From Actinomycetota bacterium (lineage in GTDB: Bacteria; Actinomycetota; Actinomycetes; Nanopelagicales; Nanopelagicaceae): a stretch of DNA of 33,777 nt. Where the stretch lies: contig WLQA01000001.1 in assembly GCA_009698515.1 (NCBI GenBank), positions 1 through 33,777 on the forward strand, read 5' to 3'. The translations under genes and the position numbers were made by a program. How positions within the stretch are numbered: position 1 is the stretch's first letter; every line of letters starts with the position of its first letter. The notes beneath the pieces were generated by a model. It did no database searches, was not told the DNA's origin, and was given only the letters and a program-made list of their open reading frames with translations. This document shows, one piece after another, positions 10,366 to 19,665 of this stretch.

Positions 10366-11472
10366 CTACTTACAAGGGTCATCGGCTGCAGTTTTGGTTT
10401 TGAACTTATCAATAATGGTTGCTTGCGCAGTTGCAGTAGATGATGGCGATGGAGAAGGGGTTACCTCATCAATTACTGCGCGATCCTCTTTCAATCGTTG
10501 CCAAAGTTCTGGAGCTAAAACTGGATCCCACAGCACAGATGCTGTAATTCCATTTGCGTTGTAATAAAGATTTGATAATGGCACGGTAAGCGTTCTTACC
10601 TTTGATGTAGATAATGATTTCATCTGCTTAGCCAGCGTAATTAAATCTGAGCTTTTCAGACCAGAGTCGGTAATTACAGCAGAGAGAGATGAGTTAATAA
10701 AATTAACCATCGTAATTGGATTTAATAAAACACCGGCACTAGTTGCTTTACGAAGCACCGAACTTATAAATTGTTGTTGACGTTGCATTCGACCTAGATC
10801 GCCCAGGCCATCAAATTCGCGAGTGCGAACATATTTAAGTGCCTCAATACCATTTAAGTTATGAACACCAGCTTCTAAGACCAAGTGGCTCTTCGGATCA
10901 TTGATATCTTTTTTCGTACAAACTTCAATTCCACCAAGTGCATCTACTACATCAGCAAAGCCAGCAAAGTTAACCTCTACATAATGATCAATTTTTAAAT
11001 CGGTCATTTCCTCTAACACCTGGATTAGAAGTGGCGCACCACCCCAGTTAAATGCTGAATTTATCTTCGAGTGTTTTGCCGGAATTACTTTTCCTTGCGC
11101 ATTTTTATGTTCTGGAATTAATGCATAGGTATCTCGAGGTATGGAAACAATTACCGCTTTGTCCCGGGCTTTAGAGATATGCACCAACAACATGGTGTCT
11201 GACCTTTTGCCAGCTGCGCTCTTTACAGAACCAACCCGTAATTGGGCTAACTCTTCCTTAGTTAAACCTTCACGAGTATCAGAACCAACAATTAAATAAT
11301 TTACAGCCGATGAGGCTTTGCCGGGGCGATCTTTTAATCCAGCGAAGGCATCGATTTTATTTATTGAGGCAGATACTGTTCCAAAAGCTAATGCGCTAAT
11401 TGCTGAGATGGTTAGAGTACCGATCGAAATAATTGTCCATATTTTTATACTTCGAGCGGATTTCATTTGCAT
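10366..11472 (-). CDS. LCP (LytR-CpsA-Psr) glycopolymer transferase
   Basis: N-terminal TM anchor, GSDTR, RSDTMLL, SIPRD, KINSAF, YVRTR, DLGRMQRQQ. Confidence 0.93.
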   Translation of the reverse strand: MQMKSARSIKIWTIISIGTLTISAISALAFGTVSASINKIDAFAGLKDRPGKASSAVNYLIVGSDTREGLTKEELAQLRVGSVKSAAGKRSDTMLLVHISKARDKAVIVSIPRDTYALIPEHKNAQGKVIPAKHSKINSAFNWGGAPLLIQVLEEMTDLKIDHYVEVNFAGFADVVDALGGIEVCTKKDINDPKSHLVLEAGVHNLNGIEALKYVRTREFDGLGDLGRMQRQQQFISSVLRKATSAGVLLNPITMVNFINSSLSAVITDSGLKSSDLITLAKQMKSLSTSKVRTLTVPLSNLYYNANGITASVLWDPVLAPELWQRLKEDRAVIDEVTPSPSPSSTATAQATIIDKFKTKTAADDPCK

Positions 11473-11525
11473 ATCTTAGATTATGAGTCGGTAAATGCTC
11501 AGTTAAAAGTTAAGATGGGAGCGCT

Positions 11526-12497
11526 ATGAGCACTCAAATGCATCCGCCGGTTTCGGTTATTTTGCCAATTCTTAATGAAGAGCGCGATTTAGCGGAATGC
11601 ATCTCAGCAATCCTTCAGCAGAATTATCCAGCAGAGCTTGAAGTTATTTTGGCACTTGGTCCATCAACTGATCGCACAGATGAAATTGCAAAAGCACTAG
11701 CAACTAAAGATTCCCGAATTAAATTAGTTGCAAACCCAAGTGGTAAAACTGCAGTCGGATTGAATTTAGCAATAGCTGCAGCATCACATGAAATCATCTG
11801 CCGAATTGATGGTCATGCTGAAATAAGTAATTCATATATAAAGATCGCTGTTGAAATAATGCAAGAAACCGGCGCAGTTAATGTTGGTGGTTTAATGCAC
11901 GCCGAAGCTAAATCAGGCTTTCCTGCAGTTGTGGCGAGAGCGATGCGATCTCGAATTGGTGTCGGTGCTTCTAAATTTCACACTGGCGGAGTTGCTGGTG
12001 AAAGTGACACGGTTTATTTAGGAACATTTAGCAAGAGCGCCATTGTGAAAGTTGGTGGCTTTAATGAGAAGTACATTCGGGCCCAGGATTGGGAGTTAAA
12101 CCATCGCCTTAGATTAAATGGCGGCATTATTTGGTTTGATCCAAGATTAGTTGTTACATACCGACCAAGAGATACCTTTGCTAAATTAGCAAAACAATAC
12201 TTTGAATATGGTCGTTGGCGCCGTGCGGTAACGCGCGAACACAAAGGAACGGTTAACTACCGATACTTAGCCCCACCAACTGCCTTAATAATAAATACCC
12301 TTTCCGTAGTTTTAGGCGTGGCAGTAAATAGTATTTTCTTTATACCAATTTTGATTTACTTGATTTCAATCATCATTGCTGGCTTAATAGCAGGTAAAAG
12401 TATTTATGAGAAAATATCGCTAGCTTCCGTATTTATAACTATGCACATGGCATGGGGTTTTGGCTTTTTAACAAGCCCAAGAAATCTAATTAAATAA
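11526..12497 (+). CDS. Family 2 glycosyltransferase (ExoA-like) with C-terminal TM helices
   Basis: VSVILPILNEE, RIDGH (DxH), DTVYLG, AQDWELNHRL, QYFEYGRWR. Confidence 0.9.
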   Translation: MSTQMHPPVSVILPILNEERDLAECISAILQQNYPAELEVILALGPSTDRTDEIAKALATKDSRIKLVANPSGKTAVGLNLAIAAASHEIICRIDGHAEISNSYIKIAVEIMQETGAVNVGGLMHAEAKSGFPAVVARAMRSRIGVGASKFHTGGVAGESDTVYLGTFSKSAIVKVGGFNEKYIRAQDWELNHRLRLNGGIIWFDPRLVVTYRPRDTFAKLAKQYFEYGRWRRAVTREHKGTVNYRYLAPPTALIINTLSVVLGVAVNSIFFIPILIYLISIIIAGLIAGKSIYEKISLASVFITMHMAWGFGFLTSPRNLIK

Positions 12498-12499
12498 TA

Positions 12500-13420
12500 T
12501 TAATTAGCGTGAAGTACTGAGTTTAAGCCGTTCCAAGTTCCAGTTTTAGCAAGTGCTTCAAGTGCGCCACTTTGTGAGTTGCGACGGAACAAGAGATTAT
12601 TTGCGCCACTTAACTCTTTTGCTTTTACAACCTTGCCATCAGGCAAAGAAATCTTTGATCCAGCGGTTATGTAAACACCAGCTTCCACAACACAATCATT
12701 ACCAAGTGAAATACCAACTCCAGAGTTTGCACCTAATAATGTGCGCTGGCCAATAGAAATAACCTCTTTGCCACCACCACTTAGAGTTCCCATAATTGAA
12801 GCTCCGCCACCAATATCGCTGCCATCGCCTACGACAACACCAGCACTGATGCGACCTTCCACCATAGATTTTCCAAGAGTTCCGGCGTTGAAGTTAACAA
12901 AGCCTTCATGCATAACAGTTGTGCCAGATGAAAGGTATGCACCGAGTCGTACTCGATCACCATCGGCGATACGAACACCTTCTGGAACTACATAATCAAT
13001 CATTCGAGGAAACTTATCTACTCCGTAAACAACCAAGCTTGCATACTTTGCGCGAAGCAATGGTTGAATTTCATTAAAAGTTTCAACTGCGCACGGACCA
13101 ACAGATGTCCAAACTAAATTAGGCAAAATTCCAAATACACCATCAAGATTTAAGCCGTGCGGCTTAACGATGCGATGGGAAAGTAATTGCAGTCTGAGGT
13201 ATACATCTGCCACATCTTTTGCCGGCGTTGTTAAATCTATCTCGATACTTACATTTACTCTTTTAACCTTACGAATTGAATCACTTGTTAACAACTCAGC
13301 AAATTTATCTGTCCCAGACTTACTACCTAGACCTAATGTGTGAAACCAAACTTCGAGGGTTTGCCCAGAATCATTTTGGGTGGCAATTCCAATTCCGTAT
13401 GCGAGATTTTCCTTGCTCAT
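12500..13420 (-). CDS. dapD: Tetrahydrodipicolinate N-succinyltransferase (actinobacterial type)
   Basis: YLRLQLLSHR, DKFPRMIDYVVP, VMHEGFVNFNAGT, EGRISAGV, GTLSGGG, LFRRNS. Confidence 0.95.
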   Translation of the reverse strand: MSKENLAYGIGIATQNDSGQTLEVWFHTLGLGSKSGTDKFAELLTSDSIRKVKRVNVSIEIDLTTPAKDVADVYLRLQLLSHRIVKPHGLNLDGVFGILPNLVWTSVGPCAVETFNEIQPLLRAKYASLVVYGVDKFPRMIDYVVPEGVRIADGDRVRLGAYLSSGTTVMHEGFVNFNAGTLGKSMVEGRISAGVVVGDGSDIGGGASIMGTLSGGGKEVISIGQRTLLGANSGVGISLGNDCVVEAGVYITAGSKISLPDGKVVKAKELSGANNLLFRRNSQSGALEALAKTGTWNGLNSVLHAN

Positions 13421-13464
13421 GAGGTAAAGGTATCAAAATTTAACTTAGGTTATAGACTAATTAA

Positions 13465-13998
13465 ATGCGTGTAAGTGTTTACTGCTCATCAGCCAAAGAT
13501 ATCCCGCAACACTCTCTTGATCTCGCCTTTGAAATTGGTGCTGCAATTGGAAATAGAGGTTGGGAGTTAGTTTGGGGTGGCGGCAGAGCTTCAATGATGG
13601 GCCAAGTTGCCGAAGGCGCTAGATCAGTCGGTGCACGCACCATCGGTGTAATCCCTGAATCTTTAATTAATCTTGAGTTTGAAGATAAAGATGCACATGA
13701 GATGCATGTTGTTACAAATATGCGAACTCGAAAAGCCAAACTAGAAGAGCTATCCGATGCCTTCATTGCTTTACCGGGCGGAATTGGCACGCTAGAAGAA
13801 TTTTTTGAAATTTGGGTGGGTCGTTATTTAAAGTTTCATAACAAACCGATTGCAGTATGTGATCCAACTGGAATCTATCAACCACTTCGAACCGCATTAG
13901 ATCATTTAGCAGAACATAACTTTATGAAACCTGGTCAAGCCGAATTAGTTTCTTGGTGCAAAGATGTTGCCTCAACTATGGAAGCGATTTCAAAGTAA
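13465..13998 (+). CDS. LOG family (TIGR00730) nucleotide 5'-monophosphate phosphoribohydrolase
   Basis: VYCSS, LVWGGG, RK, PGGIGTLEE signature. Confidence 0.92.
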   Translation: MRVSVYCSSAKDIPQHSLDLAFEIGAAIGNRGWELVWGGGRASMMGQVAEGARSVGARTIGVIPESLINLEFEDKDAHEMHVVTNMRTRKAKLEELSDAFIALPGGIGTLEEFFEIWVGRYLKFHNKPIAVCDPTGIYQPLRTALDHLAEHNFMKPGQAELVSWCKDVASTMEAISK

Positions 13999-14468
13999 TG
14001 CCGCCAATTAATCAGCTAGCACTTACCGTTGAAATTAAACAACCAATAAAGGTAGTTTGGAAACACCTTGTTGATTGGCAGGGTCAAAGTAAATGGATGC
14101 TACAAACTAAAGTTTGGTCTGAGCTTGATCAAGATAAAACAGTTAAAAACGGTAAAGGCGTTTTGATTTTTGCCTTTACGGGATTATTTGCGAAGTTTTA
14201 TCCAAAATTAAAGTTTGGTGTATTGGACACAATGGAGGTTGTGAATTGGCAACCACCAAAAAGATGCGATGTTGTACATATTGGTCGAATAATTCGAGGT
14301 ACTGGCAAATTTGAATTGGTAAGTAAGAAGAATTCAACAATCTTCTACTGGAGCGAAGAGATCATCGCCCCAGCAATATTCCTAGCAATTATTAAGCCTT
14401 TCCTACTGGTTGGTGTGCGTATATCGCTTCGTAGATTTGCTCGCTTAGTCGAGAGAAGCGGTGGCTAG
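13998..14468 (+). CDS. SRPBCC/START-like family protein
   Basis: VWKHLVDWQGQSKWM, AFTG, DTMEV..WQPP.RCDVVHIG...RGTG.F, WSEE; TAATG coupling at 13998. Confidence 0.75.
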   Translation: MPPINQLALTVEIKQPIKVVWKHLVDWQGQSKWMLQTKVWSELDQDKTVKNGKGVLIFAFTGLFAKFYPKLKFGVLDTMEVVNWQPPKRCDVVHIGRIIRGTGKFELVSKKNSTIFYWSEEIIAPAIFLAIIKPFLLVGVRISLRRFARLVERSGG

Positions 14469-14685
14469 CAGTAATCTTTATCCTGTGTCCGCAGATATGG
14501 CAGGTAAGAAAAGTATCGCCGAAATTCTGGAAAGTTTGCCAGAAGAGGAGCGATTAATTCTGACGATGCATTATGTGTATCAAGTTAGTGCCGCAGAAAT
14601 TGCTGGAAAACTTGGTGTTCCAGAACGCGCAGTATTAACCGTTATCGCATCTGGAAGATCCCGCTTAATTTCATCTATTTTCTAG
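14461..14685 (+). CDS. Stand-alone sigma-70 region 4-like helix-turn-helix protein
   Basis: ILESLPEEERLILTMHY...SAAEIAGKLGVP...V......GRSRL matches the sigma70_r4 pattern; only 74 aa, no region 2. Confidence 0.75.
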   Translation: MASSNLYPVSADMAGKKSIAEILESLPEEERLILTMHYVYQVSAAEIAGKLGVPERAVLTVIASGRSRLISSIF

Positions 14686-14724
14686 TTAATTTCTACTCAA
14701 TTTCCCACATCCCGCTAGATAGGG

Positions 14725-14730
14725 GATAAT
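14725..14730 (+). promoter_or_regulatory. Putative -10 element (GATAAT) for the DUF3117 gene
   Basis: GGGGATAAT about 40 nt upstream of the ATG; SD AGGGGAG at 14758-14764. Confidence 0.45.
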
Positions 14731-14770
14731 TCTCTTTCTAAGGTAAACCTTTTCAGTAGGGGAGAATTAA

Positions 14771-14950
14771 ATGGCTGCAATGAAACCACGTACTGGAGAT
14801 GGCCCAATGGAGGTCACCAAAGAGGCTCGTTCCATGGTGATGCGTATTCCACTAGAAGGTGGCGGACGTTTAGTTGTTGAGTTAAATGTTGAAGAAGCAA
14901 CAAATTTAGGAAATGTACTTCAAGCAGCGGTTGCCCTGGTTAAAAAATAA
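14771..14950 (+). CDS. DUF3117 family small protein (Rv1211-like), 59 aa, missing from the ORF track
   Basis: Hand translation MAAMKPRTGDGPMEVTKEARSMVMRIPLEGGGRLVVELNVEEATNLGNVLQAAVALVKK matches the conserved actinobacterial family; strong SD. Confidence 0.93.
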   Translation: MAAMKPRTGDGPMEVTKEARSMVMRIPLEGGGRLVVELNVEEATNLGNVLQAAVALVKK

Positions 14951-14981
14951 TATAAATATTTGAAGTAATTATTCATTTAAA

Positions 14982-16478
14982 ATGAGTGCCAAAAAAACTG
15001 ATTTTCTTCCAGAGATTTCCAATTCAAATCTAAAGAGCGACAAACTTTTCAAAGATATAACTGCAGTAGCCATTCCGGTCCTGCAGAGTGAGAAATTAGC
15101 AATTAAAAAGAGTGAACTAGTAAAACAGCTTGCTGCACATACCCACATCAATCTGGAAATAGAACTAGCCAACTGGCCAGATTTCACAGCCAAGGCTGGT
15201 GAGATCATTGAAATCCCACTTAGTGATGGAAAATTAACTCGCATCTATTTAGTTGGAGTTGGCGCAGCTACTGATGAAGATATTCGCAAGGCAAGTACCG
15301 CCATTAGCCGAAAGATTAAAGCTAGCCCAGCAAAACTTTTATCGGCAATTGTGGAGGATAAAAAGCAAGTTGAAAATCATGTTGCTGCTTTAGTGTTGGC
15401 AAATTACCAATTTAATTTAAAATCTGAAAAGAAATTAGTAAAACCTGAGTTTGTTATATACGGAGATTTTGCTGAACAGGTAAGCCGGGGCTTGATTTTT
15501 GCAAAAGCTACTTGGCGAACTAGGGATTTAATTCATACCCCGTCAAATATTAAGAATCCACTTTGGCTGGCTAATCAAGCTAAATCATTTGTATCATCAG
15601 CTAAAAATTCAGCGCTTAGCATTAAAGTAAAAGCTGGTCGAGAGTTAAAAGAGTTTGGCGGCTTACTTGCCGTTGGAAACTCCTCCCCAAACCCTGGGCC
15701 AAGATTTGTAGAAGTTTCATATGCACCGAAAGGTTCTGGAAATTGGCCACATGTTGTTTTAGTTGGCAAAGGAATTACCTTTGATACTGGTGGAGTTTCA
15801 TTAAAACGTCCTTACGATGTAATGGTCGGCATGAAAAGTGATATGGCAGGAGCAGCTGCAATTCTTTCGGCAACAGTTGCATTGGCAGAGTTAAAGCCAA
15901 AGGTGCGAGTTACCGCATTATTAATGTGTGCAGAAAATGCACTTAGTGGAACTTCACAGCGACCATCTGATGTGATTAAACATTACGGCGGAACTACGGT
16001 TGAAGTAATTAACACTGATGCAGAAGGCAGATTGGTTTTGGCAGATGGCTTGGCTTACGCCGATGACAAATTAGATCCAGATTACTTAGTCGATGTGGCA
16101 ACTTTGACTGGCGCAGCCACTCTTGGACTTGGTCGCCAATTTGCGGCGATGTACACCAGAGATAATTCATTAGCGAAAAAATTACATACGGTTGGAAACC
16201 AAGTCGGCGAGCGAGTTTGGCATATGCCATTACTAGATGATTACGAAGTCGCACTTGAAAGTGATATCGCTGATTTTAATCACACAGCAGATAAATATGA
16301 TTTCTCTGCTGGCTCTGTAACTGCAGCATTATTTTTAGAAAAATTTGTGGCAGATCGTAAATGGGTTCACTTTGATATTGCCGGACCGGCTCGCTCAGAG
16401 GTTGATGCTGGTGAAAACATTAAAGGTGGTACTGGTTTTGCTACCAGATTACTTCTTGGTTGGTTGGATACATTTTGA
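14982..16478 (+). CDS. pepA: Leucyl aminopeptidase (M17)
   Basis: VGKGITFDTGG, KSDMAGAA, NTDAEGRL, TLTGA, HFDIAG. Confidence 0.93.
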   Translation: MSAKKTDFLPEISNSNLKSDKLFKDITAVAIPVLQSEKLAIKKSELVKQLAAHTHINLEIELANWPDFTAKAGEIIEIPLSDGKLTRIYLVGVGAATDEDIRKASTAISRKIKASPAKLLSAIVEDKKQVENHVAALVLANYQFNLKSEKKLVKPEFVIYGDFAEQVSRGLIFAKATWRTRDLIHTPSNIKNPLWLANQAKSFVSSAKNSALSIKVKAGRELKEFGGLLAVGNSSPNPGPRFVEVSYAPKGSGNWPHVVLVGKGITFDTGGVSLKRPYDVMVGMKSDMAGAAAILSATVALAELKPKVRVTALLMCAENALSGTSQRPSDVIKHYGGTTVEVINTDAEGRLVLADGLAYADDKLDPDYLVDVATLTGAATLGLGRQFAAMYTRDNSLAKKLHTVGNQVGERVWHMPLLDDYEVALESDIADFNHTADKYDFSAGSVTAALFLEKFVADRKWVHFDIAGPARSEVDAGENIKGGTGFATRLLLGWLDTF

Positions 16479-17116
16479 GCAGTTTTATCCCAGCCCGCGG
16501 TGATATGAATGCATTTGCCGAAAATTTTGCGCATGAGGATTACTTCATGCAACTTGCTAGAAAAAATGGTGAAGAGGTTGGCGTTGTTGATCCAACTGCG
16601 GCAGTTGGAAACCTTTTAAAATTTGCAACACAATTAACTGGAGCTAAATCAGTTGTGGAAATAGGCACCAGCTCTGGAGTTAGTGGATTGTGGATTTTGC
16701 AAGGATTGCCAAATGATGGGGTATTAACCACAATAGATGCAGAACGAGAGCATTCAAAGATTGCTAGAACTGTATTTGAAGAGGCGGATATTCCTGCAAC
16801 AAAGTATCGAATTATTACTGGGAATTTAATTGATGTAGTCGGAAAACTTGCTGACAATTCTTATGAATTAGTTGTAACTAGAGATGCCATGGATCTATTT
16901 GAAATTGTGCAAGAGTCTTACCGGTTATTAAAAGCTGGCGGTCTGCTGGTGATAGATCAAGCTTTAAGCGATGGCAAAGTTGCTGATACAACACAACGCG
17001 ATCCAGAAAGTATTGCCCGACGCGATGTAATTAAAGTTATCAAAGAAGATACTCGCTGGAACTCCTCTGTAATTCCAATTGGCGCAGGTGTATTAGTTGC
17101 CAATAAACTTGCTTAA
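16475..17116 (+). CDS. SAM-dependent O-methyltransferase (Methyltransf_3, Rv1220c-like)
   Basis: AKSVVEIGTSSGVSGLW, LTTID; start is either TTG 16475 (TTGA overlap with pepA) or ATG 16505. Confidence 0.88.
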   Translation: MSSFIPARGDMNAFAENFAHEDYFMQLARKNGEEVGVVDPTAAVGNLLKFATQLTGAKSVVEIGTSSGVSGLWILQGLPNDGVLTTIDAEREHSKIARTVFEEADIPATKYRIITGNLIDVVGKLADNSYELVVTRDAMDLFEIVQESYRLLKAGGLLVIDQALSDGKVADTTQRDPESIARRDVIKVIKEDTRWNSSVIPIGAGVLVANKLA

Positions 17117-18256
17117 ATGAGCAGCCAATTACCTGGACCATCCGATACGCCATGGTGGAATCCTGCAAAGCAAGCAAGTAATTCTGCTCCGGCAAAACAA
17201 AGCAACTCATTTTTTATTATTGCCTCTTTGGTTATTGCATTAATCGCAGGTGGCGTAGGCGCCACAATTGGTAGAACCACTAGCTCAAATATTTCTAGCA
17301 CATTTGTCACAACTAAAGATGCAGTCGAACGCGCACCTGGATCAATTGCAGATTTAGCTGCCCGAGTAATTCCTGGCGTGGTATCTATTTCAGTGCAAGC
17401 AGCAGGTGGATCAGACACAGGTTCTGGATTCTTCTTCAGTACCGATGGTTATGTACTTACAAATAACCATGTTGTTGAGTCTGCAGCAACTAGTGGCACA
17501 ATCACAGTTTCAATATCAAATGGCAAAAAGTATTCTGCACGAATTGTTGGTCGAGATAGTTCATATGATTTAGCTGTTCTTAAAGTGGATGTAACTGGAG
17601 CGCCAACTTTGCAATTAGGAGATAGCGATAAGGTGCAAGTAGGAGATGCGGTAATTGCAATTGGCTCACCACTTGGATTAGCCGGAACGGTAACCTCTGG
17701 AATTATCAGTTCTAAAAATCGTCCAGTTACAACTGGAAGTGGAAATGGCGATAGTTCATTTATAAATGCACTTCAAACTGATGCAGCGATTAATCCGGGC
17801 AACTCTGGTGGTCCACTAGTTGATGCAACAGGTGCAGTTGTTGGCATTAATTCAGCAATTGCCTCACTTAGCTCTACCGCTGGCGGACAATCTGGCTCTA
17901 TCGGATTAGGTTTTGCGATTCCAATTAATCAAGCAAAGAAGACCGCTGAACAGTTAATTAAAACCGGATCGGCAACCTATCCAATTATGGGAATCGCTGT
18001 CGACACTAGATACACCGGAGCTGGTGCCTTAATTTCTACTGAAGCAAATGGTGTAACAAGCGGTGGCCCAGCAGATAAAGCAGGAATTAAAGCTGGTGAT
18101 TTAATTATTGCAATTGATGATCAAGAAATTCAAAGCTCTGATGAGTTAATAGTTGCCATACGTAGCCATAATGTGGGCGATAAGGTCAAAATAAAATTTA
18201 AACGTAATGCAATTACTCGCGAAGTGACGGTAACTCTTGCCGCCTCTAAGAAATAA
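17117..18256 (+). CDS. htrA: HtrA/DegP-like S1C serine protease with TM anchor and PDZ domain
   Basis: Catalytic triad TNNHV, DLAV, GNSGG; QTDAAINPG; C-terminal PDZ (GPADKAGIKAGD). Confidence 0.93.
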   Translation: MSSQLPGPSDTPWWNPAKQASNSAPAKQSNSFFIIASLVIALIAGGVGATIGRTTSSNISSTFVTTKDAVERAPGSIADLAARVIPGVVSISVQAAGGSDTGSGFFFSTDGYVLTNNHVVESAATSGTITVSISNGKKYSARIVGRDSSYDLAVLKVDVTGAPTLQLGDSDKVQVGDAVIAIGSPLGLAGTVTSGIISSKNRPVTTGSGNGDSSFINALQTDAAINPGNSGGPLVDATGAVVGINSAIASLSSTAGGQSGSIGLGFAIPINQAKKTAEQLIKTGSATYPIMGIAVDTRYTGAGALISTEANGVTSGGPADKAGIKAGDLIIAIDDQEIQSSDELIVAIRSHNVGDKVKIKFKRNAITREVTVTLAASKK

Positions 18257-18261
18257 GCCAC

Positions 18262-18552
18262 ATGTTTAATCTCGGTGGTGGTGAAATAGTCGGACTTGCA
18301 ATTCTCGGATTAATTTTGATGGGGCCAGATCGCATGCCATCTGTTGCAGCAGATGCTGCTAGATATCTAAATAAAATGAAGAAGTTTGCCCAAAATGCTA
18401 CTAATGAATTAAAAGAGAATTTAGGGCCAGGTTATGAGGATTTACAAGTTAGTGATTTGAATCCAAAGAAGTTTATTAAAAAAACTATTGGTGATGCAAT
18501 GGAGCAAGTTGAGGAAAAACCCGCACCTAAGATTGACCCGGATTTACTATGA
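18262..18552 (+). CDS. tatB: Sec-independent translocase subunit TatB
   Basis: MFNLGGGE, TM helix, GPDRMP, DLNPKKFI; htrA-tatB-mrp synteny. Confidence 0.88.
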   Translation: MFNLGGGEIVGLAILGLILMGPDRMPSVAADAARYLNKMKKFAQNATNELKENLGPGYEDLQVSDLNPKKFIKKTIGDAMEQVEEKPAPKIDPDLL

Positions 18553-19664
18553 GCATAATTGAAGAGATCACTACAGCGCTCAGTAAGGTAAATGATCCAG
18601 AGCTGCATAAACCATTAACTGAGCTGGGTATGGTTGATTCAGTTGCGGTTGAAGCTGGAACTGCGAAATTAAAGATATTACTGACAATTGTTGGCTGTCC
18701 AATGAAAGATCGTTTGCAATCAGATATCACCGCCGCACTTAGTGATTTAACGGAAATTAAAGCGGTAGAAATTGAATTTGGCGTTATGAGTGAAGAGCAA
18801 CGTAATAATGTTAAGAAACTTATTCGCGGTGGCCGAGAAAAATTCATTCCATTTGCTCAACCAGATTCATTAACGCGTGTTCTTGGAATTGCATCTGGCA
18901 AAGGTGGCGTTGGTAAATCTTCAGTTACTGTTAATTTGGCAGTTGCTGCTGCAAAGCGTGGCTTAAAGGTTGGCATCTTAGATGCCGATGTTTATGGACA
19001 CTCAGTGCCGAGGTTGATGGGAATATTAGATCAACGCCCAACTGCGATTGATCAAACATTTATTCCAGTAGAAAACTACGGCGTAAAGGTTGTATCAATG
19101 GAGATGTTCAAACCCGATCGCGCAGATCCAGTTGCATATCGCGGACCCCTACTGCACCGAGTATTAGAACAATTATTAAGTGATGCTTATTGGGGCGACT
19201 TAGATTTACTGTTACTTGATTTACCACCAGGAACTGGTGATATTGCAATTTCATTAGGTCAATTAATTCCAACTAGTGAAATTATTGTAGTTACCACGCC
19301 ACAAGTTGCTGCAGCTGAAGTTGCCGAACGTGCTGGCCGAATTGCACATCAAATGAAGCAACCAGTTTTAGGTGTAATTGAAAATATGTCAGATACCAAC
19401 TGCGCCAAGTGCGGGGAAGTACTTTCAGTTTTTGGAAGTGGTGGTGGTGAAGAAACATCTCGTAGATTAAGTGAGCTAGTTGGTGCTGATGTGCCACTGC
19501 TTGCAAAGGTGCCATTTGAATCACAAGTTCGCGAAGGCGGGGATGCTGGAAATCCAGCGGTGTTAACAAATGAAAAGGTGTTGGCAGTCTTTAATCAAAT
19601 TCTAGATAAGGTAATTATCCGACCTAAATCACTTGTCGGAGTTAGATTAGGCGTAAGTAATTAA
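18549..19664 (+). CDS. mrp: Mrp/ApbC/NBP35 Fe-S cluster carrier ATPase
   Basis: N-terminal DPEL...GCP domain, SGKGGVGKS, DADVYG, DLPPGTGD, ENMS..CAKC. Confidence 0.93.
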   Translation: MSIIEEITTALSKVNDPELHKPLTELGMVDSVAVEAGTAKLKILLTIVGCPMKDRLQSDITAALSDLTEIKAVEIEFGVMSEEQRNNVKKLIRGGREKFIPFAQPDSLTRVLGIASGKGGVGKSSVTVNLAVAAAKRGLKVGILDADVYGHSVPRLMGILDQRPTAIDQTFIPVENYGVKVVSMEMFKPDRADPVAYRGPLLHRVLEQLLSDAYWGDLDLLLLDLPPGTGDIAISLGQLIPTSEIIVVTTPQVAAAEVAERAGRIAHQMKQPVLGVIENMSDTNCAKCGEVLSVFGSGGGEETSRRLSELVGADVPLLAKVPFESQVREGGDAGNPAVLTNEKVLAVFNQILDKVIIRPKSLVGVRLGVSN

Positions 19665-19665
19665 C

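Noticed and set aside
14951-14981. AT-rich weak inverted repeat after DUF3117 as a terminator
   Set aside because: No GC stem and no U-tract.
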